A stretch of 63,987 nucleotides of DNA, filler included, from Mitosporidium daphniae (lineage: Eukaryota): NCBI RefSeq assembly GCF_000760515.2. It is 26 parts of 26 records of this genome, joined end to end, with 100 filler letters (N's around TTAATTAATTAA, not from the genome) between each part and the next. Parts side by side here need not be neighbours in the genome. Positions count along the whole stretch, not along the records: positions 58,648 to 60,688 come from NW_013546540.1; positions 60,789 to 62,826 come from NW_013546539.1; positions 62,927 to 63,987 come from NW_013546437.1; 23 more parts are not named here. One strand, written 5' to 3'. The translations under genes and the position numbers were made by a program. Positions within the stretch are counted from its first letter, which is position 1. Every line of letters begins with the position of its first letter. This document shows positions 58,648-63,987 of this stretch, one piece after another. The notes beneath the pieces are model-generated. The model ran no database searches. It was not told the DNA's origin and saw only the letters and a program-made list of their open reading frames with translations.

Positions 58648-60688
58648 TGGGTTGCCTCTTGATTTCTTCTACTTCTTCATAATCATAATAGAGCTCCAGG
58701 GTGGAGTAAATATTTTCCTCCTCTCTAAAGAATAAAGGAGGCTCGCTGAGAGTTTTCATCTCGTTTTCAAGGTAAAACTTTACCGAAATCGCAATGCTAA
58801 ACATCTGGTTTCCAAAGCTGCTGCCCTCCCTTGGTGTATTTGCCATCGCATACGGGATGGAATATGGAACTGGCGAGGCCATGGATGCTCCATACCCCAC
58901 ATTTCGGACCTTTTCCCAGCAATTGACAAAAAGGCCATCCACGATCAAAACCCGATTTTCCTTGCTGGTTTTTGCCAAAATATTTTTGAGCTCCGTTTTC
59001 AATGTATCTTTGAAAGCTTTGGCAGTAGACGGTGTAAGAGGGTCCTTGATCTCAAAAATGGTGATCTTTTCTCCAGTTTGCGATCGGAATATCCTTTTGT
59101 CTCTCAAAAACAGGAAGCAATCAATAAGCACATCAATTAGATCCCAATCTTTTTCATGCGGCTCTTTTGTGTCAAAGCTATACTGAATAGAAAAATCCAT
59201 GATTTCATCCGCTTCGTCGAGCACAAATATCGAGTAATGTTCGATGAAATGAAGGATCCTCAGAACCCAAAGAAGAGACTCTTTTGACCGATTCGTGTTT
59301 TGCAGCAGCAGTTCTTTCCTAGCATTCAACAGGCATTGGATGCTGTTCATCGAAGATACAAACACATTGCCGCGATGATGGGCCATCGTAAGGCGATAGT
59401 ACAAATAGCGCAAATACGGTTCGCTGTATCCATAAGCCGATCGTTCTGATTTGAATTCGAAAACGCTTTTGCCGAAAAAGTCAAAAAGCCACTGCCGCAG
59501 CTGAACAGTGTTCTGATTGAGGATGGAGTTGGGGAAGATGAAGATCGGCAGTTTTCTCAAAATCGACGTTGCCACGATTGCGGCAACCGGTCCGAAACGC
59601 GTGGTTTTTCCGCCGGCCACTCCCTGTTGCACAACATACGACCTTCCATGCATCATTTTGTCTAAAATGGTGGACATAATTGTCCTCTGTTCTTCATACA
59701 AGGGGGATTCCGTGAAAACCTCGATGAGAATGAAAACCTTGTCCTGGAGTGTGAAATTTAACCTTCGACTAGGCACTTTTTGCTCGCCAAAAATACGATC
59801 GCTAATACGTGCGGCTATGTTTCGAGCACGAGGCTGCATATTTTGTCGAATCCAAGCCTTGCAAAAAGTATTTTCTTTCAAACGAGGAGACTTGCAATAA
59901 AAGGCTGTCATGAAATGCGACCATAAAAGATCAAGCAGCTCTGGGGTCTTTTTAGCACTAATTGTGAAAAAGGTCCCAAGTTCCTCAATCGACCCGCAGA
60001 GCAATATTTGGGCAAGAAGCCTGCGGTCTTGTAAGGCTGCTAGGGGAAACCCAGAAAGAAGCTCATCAGTAGCGACTATTGAGTTCAATTTCTTTTCAAG
60101 TGAAGGCGTATCACTAAAGAATTTAAAGCTTGCATTTGCCTTCAAAAAAGAACATGAAAGAGCTTTTCTTTTGATGTTTATTTGTAAGAGATTTTCATAG
60201 TCTGCAGGAGGCGATGGGAGTATTGCAGTGATGTTAATTGATTTTTCGTAAGGAGAAAAGGATCGAAATTTGGTTGATGATTCATAAATGTCGAAAAGTT
60301 CATAGGGAAAGCGGTTTCTTTTCCATTTAGAAAGGAAGGTCGATAGTTTCTTTTTATCGCGTGAATTATTGAAAACCACAAAGATCACATGAAATAGGGA
60401 GACAAATTTGTATTCGTCGCTAGTTTTGTCCATTTCAAGATAAAATCGTACAAAATTGAGATAGCGAGTATTGAACCTGCTCAAAAAAGCATTCAAACCT
60501 TTGGATGATTGTGCTAGATCATATAGAAAAGAGATACAGCTCGGGAAGAGGAAATTTTTGAATCTATTCCAGTGGGTCAGCTTTAATTTGGGAAAAGTAT
60601 CCCGGGAAAGTTTATATTGAGCCTTTTGGATTGTTTTTTTAAGGCTGGGGATATTTGGTTTCAATGTTGAAGACTCTCCAATGGTAGA
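58648..60688 (-). CDS. Giant-protein family member (DUF3638/DUF3645-like), open at both ends
   Basis: QQGVAGGKTT, VLDEADE, SIPYAMANTPREGSSFGN; aligns with 14180-16870. Confidence 0.88.
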
Positions 60689-61109
60689 NNNNNNNNNNNN
60701 NNNNNNNNNNNNNNNNNNNNNNNNNNNNNNNNTTAATTAATTAANNNNNNNNNNNNNNNNNNNNNNNNNNNNNNNNNNNNNNNNNNNNCCGAGGGTTTTT
60801 CTGACACATTGAAGCTTGCTTTATTAACAAACCCGGAAGTTTTTCGAATATTAAATTCTGTTTTATCACAAAGAATAGCCCCAATAAATCATTAATAAAC
60901 GACTTCTTTGATCATCTGCGTTCAAAAATGCCGCAATAGCGGCTTCCCACAGCTTTCCCGTGTCCTTTGGCACCCAAATAAACCCTATCGATGATCAGCG
61001 ATCGCACCTGACGCTATTTTTATTCGCTCTTGCACGCCTGAACTTTTGTGAGCGATCCACAATGCTATGCCGAAATTTATTGGCTTCTATCCGATTTTAT
61101 AACTTCAAT

Positions 61110-61690
61110 TTCAAAGGTCTTTGTATAAACTGGACTCTTCATTTACCTAGTTTTTAATAGGCTGTTCAAGTAACTCGGCCTTCTTGTTCTTGATATGAAC
61201 CAGAAATATTGATGTTCCAATGGATTTTTCCGCTATACCAAGGATCGAAATACTTTGTACGCGATGCTCCCTTTTGTATTTCCACTTTCCGGATTTAAAT
61301 TCAAAAATTTCCACCTTTAACCACAAACCACCAACAACTGCATCTTTTAATTCTAGAGAATTGGTTTCGAATTCTGTGAATATCTTGACAAGTGAGGCAA
61401 TTTGGCTCCATCCACATGCACTGATCCCAAAAATGGCTGTGAGTTAAGCTTTTCTCGACTCTAAATATGCAACAAGCAGAACCTTTGGCGACAAGTTTTT
61501 TGGTTCCCAAAGGAGCGTTTTCTAAGAGATTCTTCTTCAAACGGCGAAATGAACTTGTTTTCAAATACACCGCCCTTTCTACAAAAAATGCACATGCCCG
61601 CTGATTCTAGAAGCACGCGCATGCTAAAAAAACGAGATGCATGCATATTCGTTGGAGAAGAAGTGATTTAATTCGAGAAGTGAGGGTATT
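61110..61690 (-). mobile_element. Degenerate Merlin / ISXO2-like (IS1595 family) DDE transposase relic
   Basis: Minus-strand reading VVGGLWLKVEIFEFKSGKWKYKREHRVQSISILGIAEKS...IFLVHIKNKKAELL...IKN*VNEESSLYKD follows the IGG.G..VEIDES.FGKRKY.RG..V...WVFG..ER....FLV.V..R...TL...I.....I.SD consensus; catalytic D lost, many stops; not an ORF in the track. Confidence 0.7.
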
Positions 61691-63090
61691 GATTTAAGCG
61701 CTGGTTTGGCGCAAAAATGTGCCTATTTGGCAATTTGATGCCGAGTTAGTCTTTTCTCTCTGCGATGGTCCTCCTGGAACCTTCATATATGCCGTTTCCC
61801 TGTCTTTATGCAAATTCCATGAGGGTGATGGGGGATTCCAGTTTGATGCCTTAGGTTTTGAAAACAGCTTTATGTTAAAAGATGCCATTTTGATAAATAT
61901 TTGATGGTTACTCGGCTAGTTACTTGCCCTTAAGCCCGAAAGTTGAACTTAACGCATGTAATTAAGGTGCTTGCCTAAGACAGCAGCTAAACTTTGTGTA
62001 AGCTAAATTGCGTTTAATGGCTCCGATGGTCCTAAATCATCGCTTTTGCGAGCTTTGAGTTATTCCAATTTATAAATAAGATGGATGCCCTTGAAAAACC
62101 CCCGCATTTGGAGCTATTGCACCCCACTTGATATTTATTCAATGGAAGCCTCAAAGCAACCGGTGTGGAAAAGTGAATATGTTTTGTGTCAATGGGAAAC
62201 TGGGTCTTTGCTGTTTTTTCTACACTAAAAGACACGAGGAAGGCGGTGCCCACAAGTTTTATGTGCCGTCCACATGCTCTTTAATAGGAACAAAATCGGT
62301 GATCGTTTGAAAACTTTATACTAATTCGATTGAGAAACCTGGAACCACCAAAGGACACATGTTAATATGCGATGTGTATAAGACATTGTTTCCGTGTGTT
62401 CCTGAAGGACATGACATCACATTCCGATATTGGCAAAGAGGCTAATAACGAATTCCATTTCACAAAAGAGAAGAAAACAGACGGATTTCATGGCAGATGG
62501 GAACTGATGTTTAGTTGAAGATTTCAGCTAAATTTGATCTCTAATGGCGAGCTCGTCTCAAGTTCGATTGATTTTTTTGTTTCATCCATTCATGAAAATA
62601 GCAATAAGGCCAGAATTTCTCTCAATCACAATATTTGTCTGCCTTAATCACGATAATATCCAGCATGTACACCGATTTATCGGGTATTTTTCACGTCACG
62701 TTGAGAATAAATCTCCGTTTGTGTCCGCATTTTACTTACGTGTCAGGTATTCTCTAGATGCCGCGATTTGGGGGCAAATTTGTTGGATCATTCACATGGT
62801 TGAGCAAGTAGCAAAATGCGGACACANNNNNNNNNNNNNNNNNNNNNNNNNNNNNNNNNNNNNNNNNNNNTTAATTAATTAANNNNNNNNNNNNNNNNNN
62901 NNNNNNNNNNNNNNNNNNNNNNNNNNAATTTAACGGGGCATCGGCGTATTTTTGCCAAATCAAACGCAAATTTATGGGTGTAAATAACAGAAGAGATGTT
63001 CGCGCCGCCTGACCGATGGCTGTAGTGGCGCATTTCCTGGATAAAGTTTTCGGTACATGTGCCGCTATTTGGTTGAATTTATCAATGTGA

Positions 63091-63435
63091 TTGACGAGAG
63101 CGCTTTGGAATATATCGACATGGCCCCATGCAACTAGCATCGTTTGCAACTACAGCTGCATCTGTGAAAATGTGAAAAAATCAATCGATATTTTGGATCC
63201 AATCGGGGCTCAGCACGACTTTGTTAATTTGAAAACAGACTGTAGACTGGATAAGCAACAGCAGGAAGCCACTTTGAATTCCCTTTTGCACAAGATAAAA
63301 GCCAGATTTTATGAGAAGATGACCAAAATCATTGAGCCAGTAACAAAGTTGACAAGCGAGATGCAAAGCGCCAGCCTCTCTCACAATCCGGAAAGGAAGC
63401 TTCTGTCACGGGAGAGGGGGGACTGCCGCGGCTAG
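63091..63435 (+). CDS. Hypothetical protein, probable last exon
   Basis: 114 open codons ending 60 bp before the ArfGAP start, matching the gene spacing seen elsewhere. Confidence 0.4.
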   Translation: MTRALWNISTWPHATSIVCNYSCICENVKKSIDILDPIGAQHDFVNLKTDCRLDKQQQEATLNSLLHKIKARFYEKMTKIIEPVTKLTSEMQSASLSHNPERKLLSRERGDCRG

Positions 63436-63495
63436 GCCATTGAATTTGCGAACTATATAAAATGTCGGAAACTTTAAAATTTTATTGTTTGGCCA

Positions 63496-63987
<492 letters not shown>

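Overview
This window is not one locus. It is 26 short contigs (about 2.8 kb falling to about 2.0 kb, sorted by size; the last is cut by the window edge) joined by an artificial 100-nt spacer, N44-TTAATTAATTAA-N44, so adjacency across spacers means nothing. Most contigs come from a very compact fungus-related eukaryote: 24-35 nt GT-AG introns, 60-125 bp AT-rich intergenic regions, a full-length fungal-type 18S rRNA and mitochondrial genes (MRPS9, a Rim2-like carrier, PGS1). This fits a Rozellomycota or early-branching microsporidian parasite such as Mitosporidium (inference). Recognisable housekeeping genes include YOS1, RPL24, CKS1, a CTD/NIF phosphatase, a GRAM protein, RPL28/uL15, NIP7, RAD6, NADP-IDH, EMG1, TrpRS, VID27, CPSF2, LMW-PTP, VRG4, TPS1 and an ArfGAP. 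Two contigs look animal (host-derived): a 1017-bp tandem tRNA-Asp array and a 5-exon gene for a small secreted peptide. The two strongest observations are: (1) CKS1 is interrupted by six back-to-back mini-introns joined by AG|GT junctions with zero-length exons, three of them recent tandem copies; (2) five contigs tile into an expanded, intronless family of giant (>2000 aa) DUF3638/DUF3645-like P-loop proteins with a possible N-terminal cysteine-protease-like domain.
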